The notes beneath the pieces were generated by a model. That model ran no database searches. It was not told the origin of the DNA and saw only the letters and a program-made list of their open reading frames with translations. A stretch of DNA of 64,000 bases from Carcharhinus amblyrhynchos (lineage: Eukaryota), in contig OZ336870.1 in assembly GCA_965287045.1 (NCBI GenBank), positions 151,466,001 to 151,530,000 of the forward strand, read 5' to 3'. Shown here piece after piece: positions 24,611-38,560 of the stretch (the first letter of the stretch is position 1; each line of letters opens with the position of its first letter). The translations under genes were made by a program, and so were the position numbers.

Positions 24611-27600
24611 AGTGGGTGAAGAGGCAAGTAGCTAACAAAACATAGACAAGTAAAAAAAAAAGATGTTAGGCAGATAGTTGGGACAGGGTAATCTTTTCCA
24701 ATATGAATATTTTAATGAGGCTTCTGCCATTGTTTAGGCCATTTAAAATTTGCATTGGGCAACATGATAGCAATAAGATTCTGTTTAAGCGTTTGTCTAA
24801 CAACAGTTTCATTCCCACGGAAAATGGAGTGATAGTGAAATGGAGATCTCTCCACATTGGTTAATAAGATTTGCTTCCAACTAATTCATCCATGTAGTTA
24901 GCTTGCCTTGATTTACCAGTGGATAAATATGTGTTGATATATGTAGCATTGTGGAGGGAATTTGGCTGTAATTCAGATCACAACTAGATAGAAAGCTGAA
25001 TCTCTGTTCTTAGAAATGTTGGGCGGGATTTTTTATGAAACCCTGCCACAAAAGGTGACCCACGATTGATCATTGTCAATGGGGTTTCACATTGAATGTA
25101 CCCCTTGCCGCCATGCAAGCCATGGCAGGGTGCGCTCTCAGTGGGACTGCAAGATCCTGCTGACATGAATGACCAGAAAGTTCTGGCTGTTGTCTCTTTT
25201 TTGCCTTGTAAAATTGCCAACACTAGTAACTGTGACATGAATGATGACTTTTAAACTTAAATTAAAATGCTTTTTAGTTTTTACTACTTTTTTAGGCATA
25301 ATCATTAAAATAATAAACTCCTGAAAATCAGCAATGGCCAAAATTATGACAAGCTTACAGCAGAAAGTGGTTTTTCATCTTATCTGTAATTATGGTGTAA
25401 CCCTGATTAACTTTCATATGTACTAGCATTGAAGGGATGTCTCAGTTTAACTGGTACACCATCAGTTTTCTGGAATATTTAGATAAATTCGTACCTTGTG
25501 GTCAGATTTTGTCTCGGCGTGAAGGGAGGTTTCTCTGATTGAAAACTGAGGTCTGAATTTTAATGTGGCTGGATGGTAGTTAGTGTTTGTTAGAATAAGG
25601 GAATTTGATATCCAAAGTTATAAACTTGGGAATCCCTATAACTGGAGCATAGTACTCAGTACCAAAGGGTCGGATGATGTATTTTGAATCCTGACTGCTC
25701 TCAGTTCCTATGTGGAATGAAAGCTGCAGTGGAGAGGAAAGATCAGGCTGTGTGGTCAAGCTCTGTTAATACTTTGTGCCTCTCAATCACCAACCAAGAA
25801 AGGAAATGTTGAGGAAAAATCTCAGAACACCGTTTCCCCCCTCCCCTCTCTCAGCAGAGAAAGGCCTTTAGAGTTCAAGGGACTAATGAATATAGATAGC
25901 TTACTTGAAAATTTACACCCGAAGTGCTTAAATCACCAGCTGTGTCACCTCCACTGCAGTACTGCCATTTTGACCTGTGTATCACAGAGATCCATCATGG
26001 CTAGCTAGGAAAATAATTTAACTCTCGGAACTGAAAACTGTTGAATCTTCCAATATCATTTAATAAATAATCTCCCTACCTCACCAACTAATGTAGCAGA
26101 TTTTGTTTTTTGCCATGTGGTTGCGTGGTGCAAAAGTAAAGTAAATATCAAATTTTGCAGTAAAACATTTTGGTGGCAGTCATGACCTTTAATAGCCCCA
26201 AGAACATGACCATTACTTCTGGTTACAAAATAAACAACTATAAATAATGTGCTGGATCTCAGATTACACATGTGGTACAACTGCTGAAAAAACACATTTG
26301 ACGCGACTGGACGAGTCCTATTGTCATTCAAGCCTGCGATTCAGATTTACAACCCCCTTGTGGCATCAGTTCTGGACTTTACAAGACTGCTGAGTAAAGA
26401 ACTGTATAACAGTAATCTCAGAGTAGCAAAATTCATACACAACCTGCTTATTATTATCATTGAATTGGCTCTGCTGAATCCCACTCAAGGAAGATATGTA
26501 ACCTTCAAATGCAAAAGTGAGGTATCTAAAAGGAAATCCTAGTTGTAACCATTAGTGTTTTAAATGGAGATGCACAAAGGAAAGAAGGCAGGGAAAGGTC
26601 AGCTAAACTCTGGAAGGTGATTTTATGCTATTTTATTAGTCGGCCAATTATTGGAGCAGAAAGCAAGAAAAACGATAACTGTGATTCCTCTGGAAATGCC
26701 TTATCTTTCCTGTCACAATGTGTTTGTGTGGCCCAAATCTGATCTCAGTTTGTTTACTCCATCAGAAGATTTTGATGTTGGCTTGATTTTTTTTTCGTTG
26801 CACTGTTTGATTGTGCAGTGTTGGAGATTAAACCCAATGTGTCAACCAAGTGATACTTTAGCAGCATGTATGTGAAGTGGACTGGGAAAGCAGATACCCA
26901 GAGAGGTTTGATCTGCCGCTGTTTAAATGCCTGTTAGTTGTAATTTTGCCAGACCTTTAGAAGGAATTTGATGTTGTACAGTATTGGTGAGAGTAATAAT
27001 TATTCCTTAATCACTCAGGGCAGCTGCATAATGAAGCATGTTCACTTACAGCATTTGAGTGGATGCTGATGGGTAATTCTTCTGAAGTGTTTCTTTTTAG
27101 TGTGGCTGCTGTTTAGTGGAAAGGGGAGAAGAAAGAACATTTTCAATTCCAATCTGACTTTTGAAGAAAAGCTGATTGTAGCCTTTGGAATGCCAGCATT
27201 GATTTTCCAGACTTGTGGTATACATAGTGCACACTGTAAGTCATGGGATGTGGTGCAATCACTTGTTCTGTCAAAATGCTGCAATCTTTGCTTTTACAAT
27301 AAATGTGGGTGATGGAGAATTTAAAACCATGCCGTTGCAATATTTTAATTTAAGTGCGTACCAGTAAAGTATATAATTTGATATATGTGCCTGTTATGAT
27401 CAGTTTAGCGTACGCTCAATTCTGTTAGGTGTGTGAGTTTAGCCAAATGCTTGAGTTCAGACACGTTTTATAATAGCTCTAAACATGGCATTACTAATTC
27501 TGCAATTCCATCATGCACACAGTACAAGTGGCCAAATTAGAAATTACATGCTTTTTGCTTGCATTAAAAATCAAAACTGTTCTTCCACAATGTAACTTCT

Positions 27601-28854
27601 GTTCTGATATAATGAAGGAGAAGCGATGTTTTTTATTCCAATTAGGCACTAAGAAAAGGGTACAACTAACAGCTTGTTCATATGTTAGAATGCATGCAAC
27701 TGATACAGTGAGGGATGGCATGATATCATATCCCATGACAAAACCCAAGGATTTCTACTACTACGAGTACCATAATTTACTGCAGGTAATACAATCTTAC
27801 GTAAAATTATCTAGGAGCAGTGACCATTGCAATTTATAAGTGAATTTGAATAGCCACAACCCATTTGCTGCAACAAATCACTCGTCCTAATTACAATTAA
27901 TTTGTTGTAGTCTAATATTGGTGGTGTAGTGTCATATCAGTGATCTAATAACTAAAGCCTTGATGTTTATGCTGAGTGATGTTAGCAGCTTTGATGGATC
28001 CAAATCAAATTCCTCTGTCCATTAGAATAGTAGACAAAAGGATTTGATACAGACTCAGATAACACCACAGAGAATAATTTCTAGATTTATATCTCATAAT
28101 GTTACACAACATTAGCATAGGTAAAAATTCCAAGAAGTTTTGTGCATATGTTTTCAGATAAAAATCAACACCAAGTCAAGGAATTGGTATTACTATGGCT
28201 GACTGAAAGCTTAGGTCAAAGAGAGAGGTTTTAGAAATCTCTAATTAAAGGAAGGGAAGAAGTTTAGGAATGGAATTCCAGAGTTTTGGAATTCAAGATC
28301 CATTACTGCAGATCAGCTGGCATGTTATTGCATTTATTTTTAGTTACAAATGTTAGTGTATTTGAACTTTCTGGGTAGGAACCCCCTTCTCCCCCTCCCC
28401 GTTCTCCACTTCATGTTTGGTGGTGGCAAGGATCTTTTGGTTCTATTCCTGTCAACAGGATTTCCCGTTGAATGCACTCTGTTACCGGGCAACCCGGGGA
28501 TATCTGTTGGCGGGACCAGATGATCGCACTAGCAGGAATGGCTGGAAAGTTTCAGCTACAGTGGTAGTATGTAATACATGAACTAATTACAAACAAGTTT
28601 TTATGTTGTTTCATGACCAACTATGAATTATTTTTAAAAAAATTCATCCTTAAAGTGACAGTGTCAGAAAGTTTCTATGTAATTTCAGCATAGCTAACCA
28701 TTTGAACACAGTATGTATGAATCATTTCTTTCCCTATGAACTGTTTTAATGAAAAACATCCTAAAATTTTCATGCAGTATTGTATTTTTGTGGTGATACA
28801 GTTAATAAGTAGAGGTAAAGTATAAATACATTGACTGCAGATGTGCCTTTTGCA

Positions 28855-29111
28855 GGGGCAGCATGGTAGCACAGCGGTTAGCACTGCTGCCTCTCAGCGC
28901 CAGGACCCAGGTTCAATTCCCAGCTTGGGTCACTGTGTGTGGAGTTTACAAGTTCCCCTCGTGTTTGCATGGGTTTCCTCCGGGTGTGAAAGACATGCTG
29001 GTTAGATGCATTGACGCAAACAGGCGCTGGACTGTGGCGACTAGAAGAATTTCACAGTAACTTCATTGCAGTATTAATGTTAGTCTTATTTGTGACTAAT
29101 AAATAAACTTT
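28855..29111 (+). mobile_element. tRNA-derived V-SINE
   Basis: ggcagcatggtagcacagcggttagcactgctgcctc...ggttcaattccc, gggtttcctccgggtg; same tail as the copies at 31755 and 38178. Confidence 0.87.
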
Positions 29112-29428
29112 ACCTTTCTTCAAAGAAAGAGATGACAAAACAAAAATTAAATGTCACCACTTATTTTCATACAAGAGTTACAGCGTTACTGAGCAATCAG
29201 CTATTTGTGAAGACATTTTTGAGAAACTTAATAAAGTACAATATAAATATATGCTTGTCATTTTTTTCAATTTTAAAAATCACATTGAACATGAGCAGAT
29301 GAACAGTCAGCATCTGAAACAGACGATTCCAGTGTAATCCTGTACCAGAACTTAGATTTTGTTTTATTTGTTTTGTTCCATCAGTGTAATCTCATTTGAT
29401 TTAAAGTGGACGACAATTTGTACTAGAA

Positions 29429-29655
29429 GGTCACGTGGCGCAGTAGTTAGTGTCCCTGCCTCAGCCAGAAGCTCTGGATTCAAGTCCCACCCCAGGACTT
29501 AATGGCCAAGGAAGGCACATTCATAACGTGGTCAGACAGGTTGAATATCAAACTGCAAAATCCTTCCAACGCCAGTAGCAGGTGATAAGAGTGGGATAGA
29601 CTCCTGTTTAGCAATGCTTAATGTGAAGTGGCACTCCTCAAGCTATAAGCCACCA
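29429..29655 (+). mobile_element. tRNA-derived SINE of a different family
   Basis: A-box gtggcgcagtagttag and B-box ggattcaagtccc, followed by a non-V-domain body. Confidence 0.55.
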
Positions 29656-29781
29656 ATTAAGCCGGTAACTTGTTTAAGGAAAACCTCAGAATGGGAGGTG
29701 TAGGAAGAGAAACATCAGGCTGTATTTCCATTTTTAAAATTTGAGTGTACTCATTATATTTTCTGGCCTTTTTATTTCCAG

Positions 29782-30701
29782 GACCCAGTTCCCAGTTGGC
29801 GTACACCATTGCATCTGGAGATTCACTGCAACATTTTGATATAGATAATAATGGCATCCTGCATATTAAGCAACAGCTGGATCGGGAAAGCCAATCATTC
29901 TACAACCTGCTGATAAGGGCTCATGATTTATCTCTTCCCCTAGCAAGTAGACTTACAAGCACTGCACAAGTCTCTGTTATTCTGCTGGATGTCAATGATA
30001 GCCCACCGAAGTTTATTTCATCTAAGATAGCCTACATGCAGGAAAACTCTCCAATGAACACTGTCGTCTATAAAGCCCAAGCCACTGACCCTGACAGTGG
30101 ACCGAACAGTTATGTTGAGTACACGCTAAGGCGCTCAGGAAACAAATTCAATATTGGGACAATAAATGGGGAGTTGCGACTGGCAGGTGAACTTGACAGG
30201 GAAGAAGTCTCGAATTATACATTGACTGTGATTGCTACAGACAAGGGCGAACCTCCTCTCTCATCGACAATGGATGTTACTGTGATTGTGCTTGATGTGA
30301 ATGATAACACACCTGTCTTTCAACAATCTCTCTATGAAGTTGAGATTAGTGAAAATACCCTTAGTGGCATTGATCTCATTCAAGTTACTGCAACTGATTT
30401 AGATGAAGGAGCTAATGGTCAGATCCGTTATCATATCGCCCAGGGCAATCACAACAATGATTTTCGAATTGACTCTGTTACTGGTATTGTATCAGTAGCT
30501 AAACAACTTGATCGTGAAACGAGACCTTCATATTCTCTGATTGTCCAAGCAACTGATCGTGGAAGCAGCCCACAAACTGCAACAGCAATAGTAAAGGTTG
30601 ATCTCACAGATGTGAATGATTTTATACCAATCTTTGAATTATCACCCTACACAGTGCACGTGCAGGAAAATGCACAGAATCTGCCAAAGTCTGTTTTACA
30701 G
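29782..30701 (+). CDS. FAT4: FAT4 internal coding exon, 920 nt, phase 1/0, about three cadherin repeats
   Basis: Acceptor tttttatttccag|GA, donor CAG|gttagt. Contains LDRE, DVNDSPP, DVNDNTP and DVNDFIP motifs and ends ...ENAQNLPKSVLQ. The 354-aa ORF call extends into intron at both ends. Confidence 0.96.
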
Positions 30702-31529
30702 GTTAGTGAAATCAAGAATTTATTGTGGTCTGCAATAATACTTCTTCCATTTAGCTATAAGATCAATATTATAATTAAATCTGATTACTATGTTGCATCC
30801 ATGTGTTAGTCAACCTCTATATTATGTTTCTCCTAATGCTGAAAATGTAGCAAATCATACTGGTCTGGGCTTTGCTCTGGAGATGTAGGTGATGCTGTTA
30901 AGTGGTCATGAACACGTTGGGCAGATTTCTCAAATGGCTAGAACTTAACTGATTGCCATAGGTCCTGATGTTGATTGGAAGGAGGTCAACTGTCCCCATC
31001 CCCACCTCTTTCCCCACAGTCAGTTTGTGGTGGGGGATTACTGGGTAACTTATTGGATCTGAAAGAAAGACTGCTTTGCCCTAAAGGCACATATTTCATG
31101 AATTCAGTCCCTCCTGCTTGTTTTAAGCTGCTATGTTTCCTGAAACTTGGGATACCCAGTCACCTATGACTAAAATAAAATAACTGCTAAAATGAAGACA
31201 TGGGGCCTCAATTATTTAAATATTTATCTAAATATTTAAACTTAATAATCCATTTCCTATGAGCAAACAGGTCTCCAGTTCCTCGTTCCAGCTTCGTTAA
31301 AACTAAAACTGGGCAGAATCAAGGAGAGTTTAGCTCCTGCCACAGATTTTTTGCTTTTTAACCTCTAACGCAACTTCAGCCCAACAGTTTGAGGTGTTGA
31401 AATTCAGCCCTTTTTTTGTAAGTACAGTGATATAATTAACTGAATGTTTTATGTGAGCTCTCACCAGTGCTTCTTCGAATATTACTGTGACATCATTGGA
31501 TTTACATATCCTCTGGATTTATGCTATAG

Positions 31530-31704
31530 GTTGTAGCTCGTGATGATGACCAAGGGCTGAATGGCCAGCTGACTTACACAATTGTTGGTGGGAATGCAGA
31601 AGAAGCTGTTACTTTGACACCCAGTGGGCTGCTAAGCCTGGTCATGAACCTGGATCGTGAAACAACAGCACAATTTGTCCTGACAGTCATTGCTACAGAT
31701 GCAG
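31530..31704 (+). CDS. FAT4: FAT4 internal coding exon, 175 nt, phase 0/1
   Basis: Acceptor atgctatag|GTT, donor GCAG|gtaaaa. Encodes VVARDDDQGLNGQLTYTIVGGNAEEAVTLTPSGLLSLVMNLDRETTAQFVLTVIATDA. Confidence 0.95.
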
Positions 31705-31754
31705 GTAAAAGCAAGTCTCATCTGTATTCCAAAGTTGTTCAGTGGGTTGGTGTT

Positions 31755-32014
31755 GGTGGCACAGTGGGTAGTCCTGCTGCCTCACAGTGCCAGGGACCGA
31801 GGTTCGATTCCGGCCTTGGGTCACTGTCTGGGTGGAATCTGCTCGTTCTTCCCGTGTCTCTGGTTTCCTCCAACAGTCCGAAAGACATGCTGGTCAGGTG
31901 GATTGGCCATGCTAAACACTCCCTCAGTGTTCCAGAGTGTGGTGACTAGGGGAATTAGACAGTAACCTCATTGCAGTGTTAATGTGAATCTATTGATGAC
32001 ACCAATAAATAAAC
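31755..32014 (+). mobile_element. tRNA-derived V-SINE about 50 nt downstream of a FAT4 splice donor
   Basis: ggtggcacagtgg...ctgctgcctcacagtgccagggacc.aggttcgattcc, V-domain, tail ending aataaataaac. Confidence 0.85.
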
Positions 32015-34190
32015 CTGTCACACATTTTGAATGTGCTGCTTATGAGGTTAAGCATCATCCTTAATGAAAGTACAGATTGAAAACCAGGCACAGAATACTG
32101 AATACTCCCAGCATTTTGTTTTTATTTCAGCTTTCCAACATCTGCAGTTGAAAAAGTCATTGCGTTGTTAAATTCATTAAGGGATATGATATATTATTTA
32201 CAGAGAAATTGTTTCTCGGGTTAATAACTAGTTATAATATAATCATAGGTCCTTTCTTTTGCCCATTTTAAATTCTCTGTCACCTGACCTTCCTCATATC
32301 CAGTCCCCAAGTTCTTTCAGTTTGTCTCTGAGGCTTCAGATAGGTGATCTGCTACAATATGTTTCAGTTACCAATAGCTTGAAATTGCCTGATTACAGTG
32401 GAAGCTGACTGATATTCATGGAAGTGTAGAATGACACAGCACTGAGGTAGACCCAATAAGTGACAGAAAATTTAATGATTACAAAAAAATGTAATGACCA
32501 TGATAGGAGCTGGTCTTTTTCCATTGAATGCTTAGTTATATTTTCAATCCCCCTAAAGGAAATGAGATGAAATTTCTTCAGATTTACAAGAGAAACTCAA
32601 ATGGATAGTAATTATAGGAAAGAATTTTTGAGTAGGTTGGAATATTCCCAAAATATTAACAAATTGTAGTTGGATGGATTGAGCTACTTTTCTTGCAAGC
32701 TGAACAAACCATAGTATTTTAAAATTACAAATGAACAAAAGAGCACGAGTAGCCATTTGGCCCTTCGAGCCTGCTCTGACATGCGGTCAGATCACGGCTG
32801 GTCTAATTGTAACCTCAACTCCACGTTCTTTCTTATGTCTGATAACCTTTCACTCCTTGCTTATCAAGAGTCTGTCGACCTCTGTTAATTATCCTGTCTT
32901 AATTATAATCTTGCAAAGGTAGGTTACTGCCACTCACGGACCAGCTGGTTAGAGTCTTTGACAGGCGAAGGTTGATTGCAACCTCTGACAGTCCATTGTA
33001 ATCTTTGGCAGGTAACCACTAGTGAATTCAGTCTGCTCCTTATGTGTACAGTCTCCAATAGCCAGTTACAATTGCTGACAGTTAATCAAGCTCTGGGAAT
33101 ACCAGTTCCAGCCAATGATAATAAGTATGTTATAACTTACAGCAAGTTTCCTGTAGCCAATTACAATCTCTCTTAGCACTTGCAGCACTGATAGTCTGGC
33201 ATCATGCTTGAATTTGGCAGAATGCACAATGACCAATGCATGATTACCTTGCATAATTACAGCAAGCCTCTCTTGCCTCAGTCATTTTCAATAAATGTTA
33301 GTGGCTGAAAAATAGTTTTTAATCAAGCAGCTGCTTTTTTTCTAATGGGTGATGTAAATTCTTATTGGTCAAAATGCATTTCAACAAAGTATAAAATCAG
33401 AGTCTGTGAGACTAGACAACTTCCATGGTGTCTATGTATATGAGAGTTAGTGTTTATTATGAGTATAATCGTAAGCTCCATTTTTCAGGGGTTACTGCCA
33501 TCCCTAATTTATGTAAAGTTGATAAGTTGATCCTCTTCCCATTGCGGAACCTGACAGGTCATGGGATCAGTAAACATCTGATCTGGCAACTGGACAGAGG
33601 CCCTTCAAATCCCGTCTTCATATTTTTGCTAACCAAATATGTTTGTGTTCCAGATTCAGCAGTGTTTTATTTATTGGCTGAATCCTAAAATAATGCAGCA
33701 GTACAGTCTGTCAACTATATTTCGACTATCTTATTATAAAATAACCATAGTCTGTTACATTTAATTCCTTAAGATGCTTATTTGTCCAGAGAGTATTTAG
33801 TAATAGATGTTGAAGGATGAGTTCCAGCTGTGGTAGGATTCAGTGTACACGAAGCAAGATGATGGCTACAGTTATACATGTCTTGGCTGTATAGTTTCTT
33901 TACATATTATGTCATCAATTTCCCACTCTAAACTAGGCATCTCTACAAATAGCAAAAAGCCAAAACCAGGACAGTCTGTCTTGTGGTAGATACCCAATTT
34001 TATTTTGTTTGTTCAGTATGATTGCAGCAAAAAAAGTTTTTCTTTCAAAAGTGTTAGGTGACATTAGCTAGAAGAAAGTACTAAACAAGAAAAGGGTCAA
34101 AGAAATTGACACATCTAGTATACTATTCCTCCGTATTATACAGTACATTCTGCTGCGGACTCAACCTCATCTACTGTAAATGAAGAGCAA

Positions 34191-34677
34191 AAGAACAAAG
34201 AAAATTACAGCACAGGAGCAAACCCTTCAGCCCTCCAAGTCTGCACCGACCACACTACCCTACTGAACAAAAATCCCCTACCCTTCCAGGGATCATATCC
34301 CTCCATTCCCATCCTATTCATATATTTGTCGAGATGTCCCTTAAAAGTCACTATCGTATCTGCTTCCATTACCTCCCCCGCAGTGAGTTTCAGACACCCA
34401 TCACCCTCTGTAAAAAAAAAATTTGTCTTGTACATCTCCTTTAAACCTTGCCCCTCGCGCATTAAACCTAAGCCCCCTAGTAATTGACTGTTCCACCCTG
34501 GGGAAAAAGCTTCTGATCACCCACTCTGTCCATACCCCTCATAATCTTGTAGACTTCTATCAGGTCACCCCTCAACCTTCATCGTTCCAGTGAGAACAAA
34601 CCAAGTTTCTCCAACCTCCTCTCATAGCGAATGCCCTCCATACCAGGCAACATCCAGGTAAATCTTTTCTGTACCCT
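34191..34677 (-). mobile_element. CR1 LINE 3' end
   Basis: Minus ORFs RVQKRFTWMLPGMEGIRYERRLEKLGLFSLER and EADTIVTFKGHLDKYMNRMGMEGY; aagaacaaag tail; possible TSD aatgaag. Confidence 0.88.
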
Positions 34678-37600
34678 GAATGAAGTTTTATAGAATGTCT
34701 CCCTGTTCTCCCAAAGATAACAGGGTAAAATTCCATTTGATGTCCCGCTATTTACTGCTGGTTGACTGCACTCCACAGCCAATACATCTCCTGGCCCCCG
34801 CAGCACAGGAAGCAGCAAATCTAATTCATTTAGGTCCTGTTCGGATGTAGTACACCTCCTCTGCAAATGCACATGAGCTACCTCACCATATGTAACATAA
34901 GAACATAAGAAATAGGAGCAGGAGTAGGCCATCTAGCCCTTCGAGCCTACTGTGTATACAATGCAGCTTTCGTGTCTTTAAAACCTTATCTTCTCTATTT
35001 AATTTTCACAATTGTCAATGCTTTTTTATCTTGCAGTTCACAATAATTTCATTTCTCACATATTGTTTAGACAGTTGTTTCAACTAGAATAACATGCTGA
35101 TACTTCGGAGTGAGAAACAAGACTTTGCAAATGCAATTTGTCTTTGAGACTATCTGAAGGGAGTACATCAGACATCGTGCATTGCTAAGAAATCACAGAT
35201 ATATGCTTGTTTGACAAAAAGTTGAACATAGGCCAGAATGTTAGGAAGTTAATTATTCTGAGTTTTAAAATTAAAACGTATTGTTATTTTTAGAAGCCTT
35301 GTGCAATAAGGAGGTTGACAATAACATGTGAATTCTGCTTCCCAAGTATTGTGAGAAAGCTTTGCACATTACAGATTTTTTCCCAAATTTTACATTAGAA
35401 GAGCATAGCTTTCTTTTTCTTCAGTGCATTGAAGACATGGGGCGAGATTCTCCATCTCATCCGTACCCACCTCACTGCCAGCGAGTATGGAGAATTTGAC
35501 ATTCAAGCAAAGTTCTGTTCAGCCAAAACTCCATTCACTGGAGTGAATCCCAGCAGATGGGGTTGGAGATTTTCAGCTGTAAGGTTTTCCTGCAGATGTT
35601 AGAACGTAGGCCTGGCTAGACTTGCAAACCATGTCGTTGTTAATTTTCAAATAGGATAGAAAAGGTATTTTGCTCAGTTTTGCGTAATTTCCTGCCCGTG
35701 CACATGCATTATTTTTAAAGGCTTGAATTTATCCAGTACTTTCTCCATTAATAGTGCATTAAAATTCAGAAAAACAGTGATTTATCAGTAGTCATCCAAT
35801 ATTTTAATGCTATATTAATGTAGAAAAAACCTTAACTACACTTCAGGGACCCACAATTAAAGTATTGCACCAATTCATCATTGAAAGTAACAAAAAATAA
35901 TGAATCCTTCATAGTTTGCAATGTACTAATTATGTTGCAGGCCTGAATCTTTGAAATATGCAACTTTTGAGGAGGTGTTGAGTTAAAGACAGGCTGATAT
36001 TCATGCACAGGTTATTAAAAGAAATTTCATTTAGAGCTTGCTCGGACTCTGATATTATTGCATATTTGAGATTATTTCTGTAACTTATGTGAGAATTGAC
36101 TGCCAACTTTAGCCCGAAAACTGAAGCAGTTATTGCTGCTGGAAGTGTGTTCAGCTGTGCTTGTTTAAGAGACGGTGCTAACTGGAGTGTTGAGTTCCAG
36201 TCCGGCATTGCTGGGATCAGATCGGTCGTATATGTTGATTGATATCATTATCTGCCTATTCTGCACATCTCGAACAGATGACCCATGCACATAAACTAAC
36301 ACCAAAATTCCACCCAAGGGAGCTCACACTAGATATCTGTGCACGTGCCACAGACACCATTTTGAAGTCAGCACCAAAAAGAAAACAGGTGCTCAGGAGT
36401 CTAATTTTGCAGCCAAAGCTTTTGGGAAACTATAATTTAGAACCTAATTATCTAGATTATTTTTATTAAAAGTGATCTTTTAGCTGTAATTGTGATATTT
36501 TATCTTTTAAACCTAGCAACAAAAATCTCTCCAGTGACATTTAATCCCAGGTGGCTATATATAACTAGTAGCTGGAATTTCTGACATTGCATAGATGTTC
36601 GGCGCTACTATTTTTTTAGTTTGACTGACTTGTTTAAACTCCACAGGGAATTTCAGTAAATCCTTTTTTTTTTCATTTATTTTTAAAGTGAAGTTAAATA
36701 TAATGCCAGACTTACCATGTTTGTGTCCAGGGAATTTAAACTCTGTCATCAGGGCTGCAGGATGACTCAGTTTAACTTGCACACACTGTGGAAATGGGAT
36801 GAATATTTTGACCTGGACGTCCTTGGGACTAGAAAATAGAGAGAGCCTTATCATCCCCGTTCCCCTCTCACCCTTGTATCTTACTCAGTTGTGGGGGTGG
36901 GAGGGGTGGGAATTGGCCAGGAATCTGACTCAGATCCCATATTTGCCAGGATTTCACCCAATTTTTTGTGGTCCTTTAAATTCCACCAAGCATCAAGCTT
37001 GTCTGTCCTCCCTACATCGAGAGGATGTGACTGGGTTAGATTACTGGGATTGTCACCACTCATGTTCACTGCAACCTTCTGCATTACTCACCTAGAGCTC
37101 TTAGGAAAAAAGCCCTGAACTGTTCTTTCATGTGTTGCTGGGCCTCAACCTGCTGTTGGATGGTTCTACTTCACCTTCCTTCTTTGTGGCAGGCTGTGCT
37201 GATGCACCAGCCCTAGCTATACAAAATCCTCTAGGATTTGCGACAGGCGTTCCTACCCATTACTTTGGGAGGGTGGGAATTCCACTCTGTTGCATTTGTG
37301 CCACTGGATCAGATTCCCAGGAATTTAAGTGTTCTTTTATTGTTTGGCTTTAAGGGTCTGTATATAGTAAAATGCGAGATGTGGCTAGTTCTGGCAGATG
37401 TAATTTCAAAGCACAAGCCTTACAGGGAAGCTGCTCAAGCAATAATTCGTTATTTTCAACCTGTAATTTTGTGAGGCCAAAAGAAGCAAGAGTGTCCCTC
37501 TGAGGCCCTCAAATATCCCCCAGCCTGTGTGATATCCCCCAGTCTCTTTCAGAGAAGAAAGAAGCAGCATCAAGATATTAAGACATGCAATTCTTTTTTA

Positions 37601-38177
37601 AAAAAACAGGGAGAAGTGAGTAAAGCTTCAGAAAAAGTGTGATCCAAATGAATTGTTTTAGAGAAACAAATAAACTAAAAGGTGAAGATCTACCATTAAC
37701 TCGGTTTTATTTGTTAGCTTGTAGAGTACTGAAAGGTATTAGTTTCTAGAAAGACGTGAAATATTTCCTGAAGTATCAGTATGAAGATAGGAGTGTGAAG
37801 ATGGTGTACCAACTCCTCTTGGCAGAACATTGTATGAAGTTCTAGAAACAAGCTGTAAAGTCATTAAAAGGTAAACCATCACATGGAAACATTTTCACAT
37901 TAGCAAAAAGCTATCTCGAACAATATTTATACAATAGAAGATTTCTATTTACTGCAGGAAATAAGCACACTCATTATTTACATTTCCATCATGCAACAAA
38001 CAGGAAACTGTCCATTAAAACATCTGTTGATAATGAACAGCTGTTATTGCATTTGTAAACTTATATTGATAATTAACGCACTGCACAGATTAGACTACTT
38101 TTGAATATCAGCAGTTTGGAATGCAAGTTTCATTTGTCTCATGTCGATCTTATCCATCTTTGTTGACTGTATTAAGC

Positions 38178-38560
38178 GGACGGCAGGGTGGCACAGTGAT
38201 TAGTTGTGCGGCCTTACACCCGGGTTCAATTCCCAGCTTGGATCACTGTCTGTGTGGAGTCTGCATGTTCTCACCAAGTCTGCATGAGTTTCCTTCAGGT
38301 GCTCCGGTTTCCTCCCAGAGTCTGAAAGACATGTTGGTTAGGTGCATTGACCATGCTAAATTCTCCCTCCACAATAGGGAAATTTCACAGTAATTTCATT
38401 GAGTAATTAATGTAAACTTTATTTGTGAGTAATAAATAAACTTCTCTTTAACTACTCCATGCACCCAAACAGGCGCCAGAGTATGGCAACTAGGGGATTT
38501 TCACAGTAACTTCATTGCAGTATTAATGTAAGCCTACTTGTGACACCAGTAAGTAAACTA
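38178..38560 (+). mobile_element. tRNA-derived V-SINE with duplicated tail
   Basis: A-box ggtggcacagtg, B-box gggttcaattcc, V-domain ctccggtttcctccca; tail ttcacagtaa(c/t)ttcattg occurs twice. Confidence 0.8.

Noticed and set aside
28855-28930. tRNA-like sequences here and at 7508, 29429, 31755 and 38178
   Set aside because: A and B boxes run straight into SINE bodies with no complete cloverleaf; these are SINE heads, not tRNA genes.
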